From positions 1 to 36,676 of the IMG/VR virus record IMGVR_UViG_3300048599_000767: a stretch of DNA of 36,676 bases; one strand, given 5' to 3'. The translations under genes and the position numbers were made by a program. Below are positions 7,857 through 17,446 of the stretch, one piece after another. The DNA comes from a virus (lineage: Duplodnaviria > Caudoviricetes). Numbering within the stretch: the first letter of the stretch is position 1; every line of letters starts with the position of its first letter. Under the pieces are notes generated by a model that was not told where the DNA came from, did not search any database, and saw only the letters and a list, made by a program, of their open reading frames with translations.

Positions 7857-8981
7857 CTAAGCCGCCTGGGCGGTCAGCTTGAACGGCCCGCCGGTCGGCG
7901 TGTTGAGCGTGCCAATCGTGACCGTGTTGGGATCCCAATACAAATCCCCCGCCTCGAAGTTCGCGGCCGTGACCGTACGCGGCGCACCGCTCTGCAGCAG
8001 GTCGACGACGGATTGCGAATTCTTCTGGTTGAGCGTGCTGACCGTGCCGGCGCTGTTGAGCGTGGCATAGACCCGCTTCGGCCGATCGTTGGCCAGGATG
8101 TTGAGGTTGGTGATCACCGCCTCTTCCTCGGACCGAAAGTCGCCCCCTTCGATGTTGGTGTTGGTGGCGTTGCACCGCTGCACCACGGAGCCATCCGACT
8201 GGTAGACGGTCGTCACGGCCGCACCAGCGCCCAGGACGAGTGTGGCGTCGATGCCCACGCAGCGGCACTCCGTGATCGTGGCGACGTCGCCGGCACGGAC
8301 CGCCACGGCGACATTGCCCCGCACCAGGTTGAGCTTGCCGACGGCACCGCCGGTGAGATACAGGCCAAACGCCCCGCTGGTGTTGGGAGCGGCCGTTTTG
8401 AGGATCTGCAAATCCGCCGTGGTCGCGCCCAGGTCAATGTGCGACGTCCCGCTGCCGGCGAACGCAAATCCCGTGACCGTGTTGAGCCGCAGCGGCGTCA
8501 GGCTCGAGCCGATCGCCTGCAGGTACCCATCTTCCACAATCAAGTTGCCAAGGGCCAGGAAGAGCGCGCTGAGGCCCGCGTTGATCGGGCCTGCGCCGGC
8601 CGGAATGGTGACGTGGTCGCCGGCGAGCGGCAACTGGCGGAACGTGACATAGCCCACGGGCTTGGTGTCAGGATCGGCCGTGTCTGCGGTGCGGGCATAG
8701 ATCGTGCTGTAGCCGAGGGAATCGTTGTCGCCATAGCCAACCTGTCCGGCAGCGAGTGAACCAACTGCGGCGCTCACGGCATCGACCCCATCGAGCTGCA
8801 CGCTGGCCGGCGCGGCACCGAACCCGGGATTGGCACCGGCCGAGGTGCGGAGATAGTACTCGCCGGCGACGGACGAGGCCTGCCACTGCCAGGCGGAGCT
8901 GCGGACATTCACGGGATCCCAGTTGGCTACCGTGGTGAGGTTGCCCGAAGTCAATCCATTCCAGCGTTTGCGAAAGCCCAT
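7857..8981 (-). CDS. Putative tail spike / beta-helix virion protein
   Basis: AAGGAG RBS before ATG 8981; G/T/N-rich beta-strand repeats; last gene of tail cluster. Confidence 0.6.
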   Translation of the reverse strand: MGFRKRWNGLTSGNLTTVANWDPVNVRSSAWQWQASSVAGEYYLRTSAGANPGFGAAPASVQLDGVDAVSAAVGSLAAGQVGYGDNDSLGYSTIYARTADTADPDTKPVGYVTFRQLPLAGDHVTIPAGAGPINAGLSALFLALGNLIVEDGYLQAIGSSLTPLRLNTVTGFAFAGSGTSHIDLGATTADLQILKTAAPNTSGAFGLYLTGGAVGKLNLVRGNVAVAVRAGDVATITECRCVGIDATLVLGAGAAVTTVYQSDGSVVQRCNATNTNIEGGDFRSEEEAVITNLNILANDRPKRVYATLNSAGTVSTLNQKNSQSVVDLLQSGAPRTVTAANFEAGDLYWDPNTVTIGTLNTPTGGPFKLTAQAA

Positions 8982-9003
8982 GGGTGGCTCCTTGAGGGTG
9001 AAA

Positions 9004-9381
9004 CTACGTAGGCCATCTGCCGAGGCGACAGATCTCACTCGGCAGCCAGGCCTTGAGCGCGAGGAAGCACCCGCAGTCGTTACATCGGTTTAAGGTGGCG
9101 TCGTGCATCGGGCAGGCGCGGCACTGCGCCATGCGAGCCGCGAAGACGTCGCTGTGTACAGTTTCGCCTCCGCTGGCGGCAAACCTGCCTGCGGCCGTCG
9201 CCGCATTCGCCGCCATTTCCAAAAGCGTCAGCGGGCGAGGGGCTCCCTCGGCGCGGCAGTTGGCGTAGATCTTGTGCGCCTCGCTCTTGCAGTGAAACAC
9301 CTCGCGCCGGCACTTCCTGCAACGGAAGGTGGCTTCCCCGTTCTCGTCTCGATCGGTGGTTTGTTCGAAGTCGCATTGCAT
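9004..9381 (-). CDS. Cys-rich small protein (DUF6171-like C-terminus)
   Basis: 11 Cys in 125 aa; RMAQCRAC...RCNDCGCFLALKAWLPSEICRLGRW. Confidence 0.7.
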   Translation of the reverse strand: MQCDFEQTTDRDENGEATFRCRKCRREVFHCKSEAHKIYANCRAEGAPRPLTLLEMAANAATAAGRFAASGGETVHSDVFAARMAQCRACPMHDATLNRCNDCGCFLALKAWLPSEICRLGRWPT

Positions 9382-10517
9382 TACATCACGTTGGGAGTGA
9401 TCTGAGCGGTGGCCCCGGTCCAGTTGCACCGCTGAGTCAGAAAATTGAACGCGGCGAGATTGAATCCACCGACATCGGTCAGCACTTCGTTGCACAGGTT
9501 CGCGGTCTTGTCGAACGTGAAGCGCCCATCCCCATTGGGCATGCCGATCCGCAGAGTGACAAACGCATTCGGGCTGGTACCGGTGTCGGTGCCGTAGTTA
9601 ATCAGGATGCCATTGTTGAGCCCCGTGCAAGCGGCCGGAAGCGCGGCGAAGCTCTTGTAAAACTCCCCGCGAATGCCCGTCGAGGCGTAGGGCTCGTCAA
9701 TAACAAACGTGGCCCCGTTGAACAGCGTCGTGCAAGCGCCGCAGGTGTTATTGGCCACGCCGGTCAGGTAGACGCTGTATTCGCGCGGCGTGCCACTCAG
9801 GACCGGATCGCACGACGGTTGCGCGGCACCGTGGCACAACGCGCAGGAGCCGCCCACGGCCGAATTCTCGCCGCTAAACGACAGGTGGAAGCTGGTCCCT
9901 TCCGCGCCGAAGCCCGCGCTGCCGCCATTGCCAATCACCTGGAACCCCACCTGCGCGCCCAATGTCAGGCCAGATATGGGGCAGTCCGCACCGAAGGTCG
10001 CTGGGGATCCGAAGTTGATACCACTCGACAGGCGGTTCCCGTCATAGCAGAGTCCATGCCGAGTGAGGTACCGCTCCGTCGTTGCGCCGGTGCCCACTGA
10101 CGAAACCGCCGGCCACGCGTTGTCGAGGAACGTGTCAACGCCGCCCTGGCGATAGCCGAGGCGCGCTGAGATGTCGATGCCGGCCGTGGGTCCTGGGAGA
10201 AGAGTACGCCATTCAATGAAGAGGTGATTATCGGGATCCAAGTAACACAGCAGCAGCCGCTGCGTGGCACCAGCGGCCGGGATGCGAATGACGCCGACGC
10301 CCACTGCGCCGATCGACAGGCCTTCCGGGTGCGGCGTATTGTGGACGATGAGCGCATCCGCCGAGGACGTCAGGATGAGCCCGCCGGCGAAGCCAGGCGG
10401 ATACGTCAGGGACCAGCTGCCCGAAACTTGGGTGTAATCCCCCAGGTCAAATGCCGTCGCCGCCGCGACGATGGTGCACGTCGGTGAGTTGCAGCAGCAG
10501 TTCCCCACTCCCAGCAT
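9381..10517 (-). CDS. Cys-rich tail / receptor-binding protein
   Basis: MLGVGNCCC start, 15 Cys, beta-rich composition, tail-cluster position. Confidence 0.6.
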   Translation of the reverse strand: MLGVGNCCCNSPTCTIVAAATAFDLGDYTQVSGSWSLTYPPGFAGGLILTSSADALIVHNTPHPEGLSIGAVGVGVIRIPAAGATQRLLLCYLDPDNHLFIEWRTLLPGPTAGIDISARLGYRQGGVDTFLDNAWPAVSSVGTGATTERYLTRHGLCYDGNRLSSGINFGSPATFGADCPISGLTLGAQVGFQVIGNGGSAGFGAEGTSFHLSFSGENSAVGGSCALCHGAAQPSCDPVLSGTPREYSVYLTGVANNTCGACTTLFNGATFVIDEPYASTGIRGEFYKSFAALPAACTGLNNGILINYGTDTGTSPNAFVTLRIGMPNGDGRFTFDKTANLCNEVLTDVGGFNLAAFNFLTQRCNWTGATAQITPNVM

Positions 10518-10519
10518 GG

Positions 10520-11620
10520 TTAGCACTCCAATCGGCCGACGTACCAGATGCCGTTGCGCAGGGCGATCGCGGCCAACTTGCTGCCGGTTACTGCAGCAAA
10601 CCGCGCCCGGCAGGTGAGGTCGTACTCGGTCGCCGCCTCGCTGCCACCGGCACCCATGAACACGGAGACGGTGCCCGTCGAGTTGCTGCTGATGTTGGCG
10701 TCAGCCTTGCCGATCAGATCGGTCACGATCCTCTGCCACGCACGCGTGGTGGTAGCTTCCGTGTCGTTTCCACCGGTCACCAGGAATCCGGGCCGGTACT
10801 TCTCGAGCGACCATTGGCCGGACTTGGCCCCCCACTCCTCGTCGACCGCGGGCGTGCCGGCCGAGGCGTTGTAAAGCACCTTGCCCGACTCGCTCAGCCA
10901 GGTGCCGAAGCCGCTCTTGTCGGCCGCGATCGGGCTGTCGGTGTTGACCAGGTACCGGGATTTGAAATCGTTGTTCGGTTTGGCCACTTCGTGGATCTCG
11001 ACGCCGTCCTCGTCGACGACGTCGGTCACGCGCATCACGCCATGGGCCGGGATCGTCTCGCCCGAATCGTTCCGCACGATGATGCGGGCCGGGTTCGCGC
11101 CCAGGACGATTAGCGCCCATTCGCCGGTCGTGTCGCGCCAGAGCAGCTCGGCAGAGCCGCGGGCTTTGACCACCAGGGCATGGGGAGCAGCGAAGGTTTC
11201 GCCGCTGGGCAGGTCCGCGAACTTGTCGTCGACGGTGGAACTCTCCGCCTTCACTCGGGCCCAGACCGCGCCACGGATGACGGCCCGCCCCACCTGGTCG
11301 TTCGGCACATCGTCGAGCAGCACCGCGAAACGGCCGAAGTGCTTGGCCGCGTCGGGCGTCTCGCCGTTGATCACCATCAGATCCAGGAACTTCGACGGCG
11401 AGGTCTGTGCGTTGATCCGGACTTTGCCGAGGCCGAGGCAGTGCCCGCGCAGCAGGTTCTCCTTCGTTCCGTTGTGCACCTGGACGATCGTCGGTTCATG
11501 GGAAACGAGTTCGCTCGGCTGCACGATGTCGAGTTGCCCGCGTGTCAGCTTGGCGAGTTCGTTGTAGGTGCGGCCACGCAGCACGACGCGCGCATCGGGA
11601 TTCACGAGCGGGAGGCTCAT
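10520..11620 (-). CDS. Minor tail protein
   Basis: Position after tape measure gene; ATGA coupling; repeated V-x-N-x-(S/T)-x-E modules. Confidence 0.6.
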   Translation of the reverse strand: MSLPLVNPDARVVLRGRTYNELAKLTRGQLDIVQPSELVSHEPTIVQVHNGTKENLLRGHCLGLGKVRINAQTSPSKFLDLMVINGETPDAAKHFGRFAVLLDDVPNDQVGRAVIRGAVWARVKAESSTVDDKFADLPSGETFAAPHALVVKARGSAELLWRDTTGEWALIVLGANPARIIVRNDSGETIPAHGVMRVTDVVDEDGVEIHEVAKPNNDFKSRYLVNTDSPIAADKSGFGTWLSESGKVLYNASAGTPAVDEEWGAKSGQWSLEKYRPGFLVTGGNDTEATTTRAWQRIVTDLIGKADANISSNSTGTVSVFMGAGGSEAATEYDLTCRARFAAVTGSKLAAIALRNGIWYVGRLEC

Positions 11621-12477
11621 CGCCGGCGGTTCCTCTCCGTGATGCCCAGCTGGTGAAAATCGAACTCGTCAAACACCTGCTCGACCCAGGCATGCACGAC
11701 ACGTCGCAGGGTGGCTTTCTCGTCGCCGAACGTCCCATAGCGAGTGTGCAGCACCTCCCAACCCCGTTTGATTGGAACCGTGATGCTTCCGACCTTGAAG
11801 TTCCGGCGCGTCGGCTGATGCGCGAACGACATCGTGACGGGCACGGGTTTGGTCCGCTGGCCCGCCATCGTTGGCAGATCGCCTCGGCCCTCGACTCCGA
11901 GGAACAGCAAGTCGCGAAACTGTGCGCCGAGCCACGGGGCCGAGTTGGTCTGGAAAGCCAGGTCATTGAGTTTGAAGAAGAATTCCGTGGTCACCACGCG
12001 GGGATCGAAGTAAGCCGTGATCGAGAACTTCGGATCGGGCACGGGAATCGAAATGCCGTTCACGCCCTTATCGTCGACGTTGATCGCGCCTTGCATGTCA
12101 GGCGCGGGCTCACTAGGACTCATCTCCCCCTTCCACAGCGTCTTCTTGCTTTGCGTGATCGTGTGCTGCGCTTCGCCAGTCGCGAAGGTGTACTCCCACA
12201 TGCCAGGCTCGGGGACGCCCCGCGACTTGTCGTCGTCTTCGTCACCATAGGTGACGTCCACTTTCCAGATGAACGCCGACTCCTCGGTGCCGCGAATCGA
12301 CTGCCGCACCAGGCCATTGAGGTAGGCCGCTGATGCGCCAGAGACGATCATGCCGGCCGAGATCTCGTCCGGCACGCCCATCACTCGATAGCGCTTGCGC
12401 TGCGTGCTCGAGCGGGAGACTTCGAACTCGGGGCCAGAGATCTCGAAAATCGAAATGGGACCGTTCCAGGTTCTCAC
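11617..12477 (-). CDS. Tail tip / distal tail protein
   Basis: Immediately downstream of tape measure gene, coupled by GTGA overlap. Confidence 0.6.
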   Translation of the reverse strand: MRTWNGPISIFEISGPEFEVSRSSTQRKRYRVMGVPDEISAGMIVSGASAAYLNGLVRQSIRGTEESAFIWKVDVTYGDEDDDKSRGVPEPGMWEYTFATGEAQHTITQSKKTLWKGEMSPSEPAPDMQGAINVDDKGVNGISIPVPDPKFSITAYFDPRVVTTEFFFKLNDLAFQTNSAPWLGAQFRDLLFLGVEGRGDLPTMAGQRTKPVPVTMSFAHQPTRRNFKVGSITVPIKRGWEVLHTRYGTFGDEKATLRRVVHAWVEQVFDEFDFHQLGITERNRRR

Positions 12478-14411
12478 GTTAGCAGGACTCCTCCCTCTTC
12501 GAGCTTCTCCCGGATCCGCTCCATGTCCTCCTGCATCGCCTCGGTCGCGTCAGCCGTGCGCTGTTCGGGGCTGGAGGCGGAGCGGCCGAGCAGTTCCGCG
12601 ATGCGCGAGTTGAACGTCGCGGCCGAGCCGAAGCCTGCGCCTTGGTCGGGCAGGCCGACGCTAAAGTCCGGCAGCCGCAGTTTGAACAGGCTGTCGAACT
12701 TCTCCTCGCGTTCCTTCGCGGCCTGGTCGGTCGCCTCGGTCAGTTTCGCCTGGGCGTCCAGCAAATCCCGCAGGGCAGCGGTGACCTCCTTGGTGGCCAT
12801 CTGGGCCCCCGCGTTACGCAGGCTGCCTGCCGCACCAGCACCTGCCGTGCGGACGGCGGCAGCGGCCCCGCGAGCGCCATTGGCCCCTGGTACGCCCAAC
12901 CCCACCAGCCGAGCGTACCGATTCAGCTTGTCCAGCGCCGCCGCGATGCCCCCGATCATGTTGGCGAACTGGCGGGAAACGGATTCGACGATCGCGGCGA
13001 ACAGGTTCAGCAGAAACGACTTGAACCCCGCCCACATCGAGCGCAACGCTAGCATTCCCTGATACCAGGCGACGTAGATGCCACCCATCGCAACCTTGCC
13101 GGCCAGCCCCCAGTTGCCGGCCAGGATCGCGTCAAAAATCCCGCGTGTGGTTTGCGCAGCGGCCTGCCACAGCATTCCGAAGCCCGCCGCGAGGTTTGAC
13201 AGGGCCTGCTGCCCCGATTGCGTATACGCGAGCCAGTAGATCGTCCCGCCGATGAGGGCAGCGGACAGCCCGCCGATCGTCAGCAGGATCAGTCCCAGCG
13301 GTGATAGCAGAAAGGTGAGGGCAGCGGCCGCTGCCGTCGCCACGCCCGTGAGCACTGTGAGGGCGATGTTCAGCAGCCAGGTCTGGATGGAGGCCCATAA
13401 CGCCGCCAGCCCCTCCATCGTCAGATTCGCTGTCAGCCAGGCGTTGACGATCCCAGCAGCGGCCTGAATCATCGCCAGGAAGGACCACGCGGCCGTGGCC
13501 ATGTTCACCAGCGTGACCAGGCCCACGAAGACCATCTTGAGCAGCACGCCGGCCGCTGCCATCCCGAGCAGCGAGATGACGACTGCCCCAGCGAAGGCGG
13601 CAGCCAGACCGAGGCTGAGCACCAACTTCTGATTATTCATCAGGAAGTGGTTAAGCATGCCACCGAGTCGGGCGGTGACCTGCAGGATCCGCGTGAGCGT
13701 CTCCGCGAAGGCCGAACCGATGTGGAAACCGATGAAGCTCCAGACCTTGCCGACGATGTCCCAGGCGTCCCCCAGGGCATCCGCGCGCGCAGCCGCCTCG
13801 GGCGTGATGACGATGCCGAGCTCGCGGGCCTGCTTGAGGAACGCGTCGAGCCCCTCCGACCCTTCGTTCAGCATGAGGATCATGTTCATGCCCGCTTTGC
13901 CAAACACCTGGGCGGCCGTAGCGGCGCGCAGTTGCGGATCGGAGATCTGTTTGAGGCCGTCGGCCAGCATCCGCAGGCGATCCTCCGGACCGGCCGCAAG
14001 GAAATCCTGAGCGCCGATGCCGAGACGGCCGAGGATCTCCACCGCCCCCTTGCTGCCGGTGGCCACTTTGCCTGCAAACTTCGCGAGCCCGTTCAGCCCC
14101 GACTGCAGCGTGAACAAGTCCGCGCCGGCGAGTTCGGCCGCGAAGCCGAGCGCCGACAGGGAGTCTGTGGCGATGCCGGTCGCCTGGCTCATGTCGGAGA
14201 TCGTGCTCCCCATCTCCATGAACTGGCTGGCCGCTTTGGCGATCGGACCATAGACAGCGACGGTCACCGCCGCCATGGTCGCACCGATCAGGACCACTTG
14301 TTGGGCGAAGTTGATGAGACTCCGCCGATCCTGCTCGAGCTTTTTACTGACGTCGCTCTTCGCGGTCACCTTCACATAGGCCTGACCGGCCTTCACCCCG
14401 TCCGCGCTCAT
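12474..14411 (-). CDS. Tail tape measure protein (~645 aa)
   Basis: AGQAYVKV start, Ala-rich helical repeats, hydrophobic central segments, synteny. Confidence 0.88.
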   Translation of the reverse strand: MSADGVKAGQAYVKVTAKSDVSKKLEQDRRSLINFAQQVVLIGATMAAVTVAVYGPIAKAASQFMEMGSTISDMSQATGIATDSLSALGFAAELAGADLFTLQSGLNGLAKFAGKVATGSKGAVEILGRLGIGAQDFLAAGPEDRLRMLADGLKQISDPQLRAATAAQVFGKAGMNMILMLNEGSEGLDAFLKQARELGIVITPEAAARADALGDAWDIVGKVWSFIGFHIGSAFAETLTRILQVTARLGGMLNHFLMNNQKLVLSLGLAAAFAGAVVISLLGMAAAGVLLKMVFVGLVTLVNMATAAWSFLAMIQAAAGIVNAWLTANLTMEGLAALWASIQTWLLNIALTVLTGVATAAAAALTFLLSPLGLILLTIGGLSAALIGGTIYWLAYTQSGQQALSNLAAGFGMLWQAAAQTTRGIFDAILAGNWGLAGKVAMGGIYVAWYQGMLALRSMWAGFKSFLLNLFAAIVESVSRQFANMIGGIAAALDKLNRYARLVGLGVPGANGARGAAAAVRTAGAGAAGSLRNAGAQMATKEVTAALRDLLDAQAKLTEATDQAAKEREEKFDSLFKLRLPDFSVGLPDQGAGFGSAATFNSRIAELLGRSASSPEQRTADATEAMQEDMERIREKLEEGGVLLT

Positions 14412-15019
14412 TGAATGCTCCTTGCCCACAGCTCAGGGAACTTGGGTTTTTCGAGCCACAGCGCGCGGCTCATCCAGGGACGGCGCTCGATCCGGGCCCG
14501 GCGCATCCGCACGGGCTGACCAGGCCGGGCCTTTCGTCGCCCGATCGGGAACCATTTGTTGCCGATCAGCTTTTCAGGGACGAGGATCTCGCCACCCTCT
14601 TCCAGGATCTGGGGCACGGTTTTGCCACCGAGGCGCGCGGGACGCCGACCTGCACCAGGTGCCCGCCGATCACCGAACCGGATCTCGGCCTGTTCCGTGA
14701 ACTCGTCAACTTCCTGAGAGTCCTGCGCACTGGCAAACCTCTGATTGAGGCCTACCGGTCCGATGATCACAGAATCGACGCCGTCGAACGCAAACAGGAT
14801 ATTGCGGAGCGTCACGAACTGGTCGCGGGAATGGACGCTCGGCGCTTCGCCCGCCTTCGACGCGCGCTTGCGCCGCCGGAGCAGACTGCGCGCTCGCGTG
14901 CGCGTGAAGGCGCCGGCCTTCGACAAGGCTTTGAGCGTGGCTCGATCGAGGCGGCTGATCACCTCCGGTCGATCGAAAAAGAACTGCAGAACCTGCATCG
15001 TCACGACAACACTACTCAT
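14408..15019 (-). CDS. Tail completion / neck protein (gpZ- or HK97 gp10-like)
   Basis: Basic; FFDRPEV...LSKAGAFTRTRARS...RRPWM; ATGA overlaps at both ends. Confidence 0.6.
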   Translation of the reverse strand: MSSVVVTMQVLQFFFDRPEVISRLDRATLKALSKAGAFTRTRARSLLRRRKRASKAGEAPSVHSRDQFVTLRNILFAFDGVDSVIIGPVGLNQRFASAQDSQEVDEFTEQAEIRFGDRRAPGAGRRPARLGGKTVPQILEEGGEILVPEKLIGNKWFPIGRRKARPGQPVRMRRARIERRPWMSRALWLEKPKFPELWARSIQ

Positions 15020-15237
15020 GCACGCGCTCCTTGTCGGGCGCGCCAAGCGGCTGCCTGGGCCCGAATCGATTCCCCAGTGAGAGGCGTGCCGCGGGTGACG
15101 CTGCGGCAGAGCAGCGGATGGAACTCTTCCATCCGGAACGGCCGTCCCCGCTTCTTCGGATCACGGTTCACTTCGGCGAGCATGGCGAGCATGCGCGCCG
15201 TGTGCAGCCAGTCGTAATGCACCCGGGCGCGGTGCAT
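15016..15237 (-). CDS. Tail assembly chaperone C-terminal (gpT-like) segment
   Basis: Follows the chaperone gene; reading frame stays open upstream through the chaperone stop. Confidence 0.65.
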   Translation of the reverse strand: MHRARVHYDWLHTARMLAMLAEVNRDPKKRGRPFRMEEFHPLLCRSVTRGTPLTGESIRAQAAAWRARQGARA

Positions 15238-15299
15238 CTGCAGCAGATCACGGAGCGTGTACTGGCCGGGATCGATGCCGACCAGCGCTACGCAGTGGT

Positions 15300-15779
15300 T
15301 TACAAATTCCCATCCATCAGCGCATCGAGGTCCTGATCGATCTTCCGATCCGCCTGCTCCAGCGTTCGATCGATCGCCTGGCTCACGCGGTCCGAGTTCA
15401 CCTTCGCGACCGCGTAGTCCACCGCCTTCTGTTTCGCCTTCTTCCCCCGGTCGAGGATGGCTTGCATCGCCGGACGCTTGTCCGGCCGGGAAAAAAGGAC
15501 CAGTGCCTCCTGGATCGCGTCCATCGCGCTCCCCAGTTCGTCGCCGGCGAGGGCCATGCCGAACGCTTCCTCATCGACCTGGGCTGCCTGGCACTGCGCC
15601 GCGCAGAGCAGCCAGATCACCTGCACCAGCTTCTCGTCGTCGAAGGCGATGGCCTGCAGCGCCTTGCCGTCGTGGGCGTTGATGAAGTCCAGACCGGTGA
15701 TGGTGCGGATGTGCTTGGCAAGCGCGACGGTGAAGCCGATCTGCCAGGTGCGGTTCTGGTTGTCGATGAAGTGAGGCAT
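15300..15779 (-). CDS. Tail assembly chaperone (gpG-like)
   Basis: Between tail tube and tape measure genes; FIDNQNRTWQI start. Confidence 0.75.
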   Translation of the reverse strand: MPHFIDNQNRTWQIGFTVALAKHIRTITGLDFINAHDGKALQAIAFDDEKLVQVIWLLCAAQCQAAQVDEEAFGMALAGDELGSAMDAIQEALVLFSRPDKRPAMQAILDRGKKAKQKAVDYAVAKVNSDRVSQAIDRTLEQADRKIDQDLDALMDGNL

Positions 15780-15786
15780 GGGGCGG

Positions 15787-15802
15787 TGTTTCCCAGGAAA
15801 CA
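15787..15802. promoter_or_regulatory. parS-like palindrome copy 3 (TGTTTCCCAGGAAACA)
   Basis: Intergenic, just upstream of the chaperone start codon. Confidence 0.75.
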
Positions 15803-15829
15803 GAGGGCGACGAGGAAAGCGGCCGGGGC

Positions 15830-16297
15830 TTATTCGCCGCTGACCGTGGTGTAAGTCCGCTCGATCATTGCGCCGCTTTCGTAGTGGACGCAGGGCTTGG
15901 CCTCGCAGTCGTAGATCTTCGAACCGCCGAGGTCCTCGGCCGAGTCCATCTTGTGAAGCTTCATCCAGTCCTTGAAATACGTGGTCCCTTCGCTCGCGAT
16001 GGGCCCATCCGCGAACGCGAACTGCACGGCTTCACGGGCCAAGTATTTCTCGCGCAGCGTGGTGAACACGGTGTCGACCGTGCCCCTGATGTACTGATAG
16101 CCGAACGTGACGCCCTGGTCGAACTGGCCGGGCTCGTACTTCTTGCCGTCGCTGAAGCGGGCCGAGACTTCGACGCTTTCGGCAGCATCGGGCTGCGCGG
16201 CGTCCTTGATGTTCTTGATCTCCAACCACGTGGGCGAGGCGTTCGTCCCGTTGTTGAGATAGGCCTTGCACAGGAATCCTGGGATTGGTTCGTCCAT
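15830..16297 (-). CDS. Major tail tube protein
   Basis: PTWLEIKNIKDA...VEVSARFSDGKKYEPG; size and synteny. Confidence 0.75.
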   Translation of the reverse strand: MDEPIPGFLCKAYLNNGTNASPTWLEIKNIKDAAQPDAAESVEVSARFSDGKKYEPGQFDQGVTFGYQYIRGTVDTVFTTLREKYLAREAVQFAFADGPIASEGTTYFKDWMKLHKMDSAEDLGGSKIYDCEAKPCVHYESGAMIERTYTTVSGE

Positions 16298-16301
16298 CGC
16301 T

Positions 16302-16745
16302 TCAGCTCCACTTGCGGAGCGTGAGGGTCATCACGCTCGAAAATACCTTCTTCTCGATCAAATGCTCGGGCTCCCACATGACGACGTAGTTGCCCTCGAA
16401 CATCGTCAGGCCGGTGCCCGAGACCATGCGTTCCTCGTAGTACGAGAGCAGCTCCTCCGCGAGGTCGGACAGCGCATCGGTTTCGGCCTGTTCGTCGGTG
16501 TCGTTCGTCGCCGCCAGCGCCTTTTGCAGGGCGATGTCGACGAGGACGTCGCGTTCGAACTGCGACCGACTCGTGCGCCTGCGGGGCGCGTCTTTGGGTA
16601 CCACCGTCACGCGGGCGGTTTTGAGCTCGGTCAGTGTGAACTTGGGCTCATACTTCCGCACCGGCGAAATCGGCTGGCTGAACGTCGCGGCCGTGAAGTC
16701 GGCGACGATGGCGTCAGCAGCGGCGATCGCGAGCCAGTGGGGCAT
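16302..16745 (-). CDS. Tail terminator-like protein
   Basis: Synteny and size; VDIALQK...FSSVMTLT. Confidence 0.6.
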   Translation of the reverse strand: MPHWLAIAAADAIVADFTAATFSQPISPVRKYEPKFTLTELKTARVTVVPKDAPRRRTSRSQFERDVLVDIALQKALAATNDTDEQAETDALSDLAEELLSYYEERMVSGTGLTMFEGNYVVMWEPEHLIEKKVFSSVMTLTLRKWS

Positions 16746-16749
16746 GGTG

Positions 16750-17115
16750 TCAGGTCAGCTTGTCGACGAGTTTGGTGTGGATCCGGATTTGCTGGCGGAA
16801 CTGGTCACTGTAGCGCCAGGCGGGAATGTTCGAGTCATCGAGCACGGCATAAACCAAGTCGTCTTCCAGGATGACGTCGTGCCGCTGCGGAACGATCAAC
16901 TCGCCCCGCAGCTTCAAGCACTCGACGTCGACCAGGAAGTCCCGACTCTCCAGCACCATCAGCCCGCCCGCGCTATTCTCGAGCTGCCAGTTGCTGCGGC
17001 CGATGGTCGCCACAAGTGGGACGTCATCGGTGTCGCGCCGGAATATGATCTTCACGCCGCCCAGCTGGCGAGCGGCTCGCTGGCCGGCGGCGATCGCGGC
17101 CTGGATCGGATTCAT
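16750..17115 (-). CDS. Head-tail adaptor / head closure protein
   Basis: ATIGRS...SRDFLV...PQRHDVI...WRYSD...RIHTK; synteny. Confidence 0.65.
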   Translation of the reverse strand: MNPIQAAIAAGQRAARQLGGVKIIFRRDTDDVPLVATIGRSNWQLENSAGGLMVLESRDFLVDVECLKLRGELIVPQRHDVILEDDLVYAVLDDSNIPAWRYSDQFRQQIRIHTKLVDKLT

Positions 17116-17120
17116 TGGTG

Positions 17121-17345
17121 TTAGGCTTGCGCCTTCAACGCCGCGATTTCCTCTTCCAGCCTGGCGATCGTCGCCAGGTGGGTGTTGACCACGCCACCCG
17201 TGGCGTCAGTCGCCGATTGCAGTTGGTCGATCGCGTGGACCAGCGTCATGATGTCGCCGGCCTGGACGGTCACCAGCTGGAGCGATCCCAGGTTCTGCGA
17301 GCCCTTCCGCAGGGCTTCGAGGACTTGCCGTGTGCGTTCATCCAT
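17121..17345 (-). CDS. Small coiled-coil hypothetical protein
   Basis: ATG 17345; C-terminal heptads IARLEEEIAALKAQA. Confidence 0.55.
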   Translation of the reverse strand: MDERTRQVLEALRKGSQNLGSLQLVTVQAGDIMTLVHAIDQLQSATDATGGVVNTHLATIARLEEEIAALKAQA

Positions 17346-17446
17346 CGTGTTGCTCGATTTGTTGGGGGAGAAAAAGGGGCAACCGCCGACGGCTGCCGGA
17401 CCAGGTCCAGACAACCGCCAGCGGCCTCGCCCAATGAGGTATGCGA

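Noticed and set aside
7857-10517. Diversity-generating retroelement acting on tail genes
   Set aside because: No reverse transcriptase and no template/variable repeat pair seen
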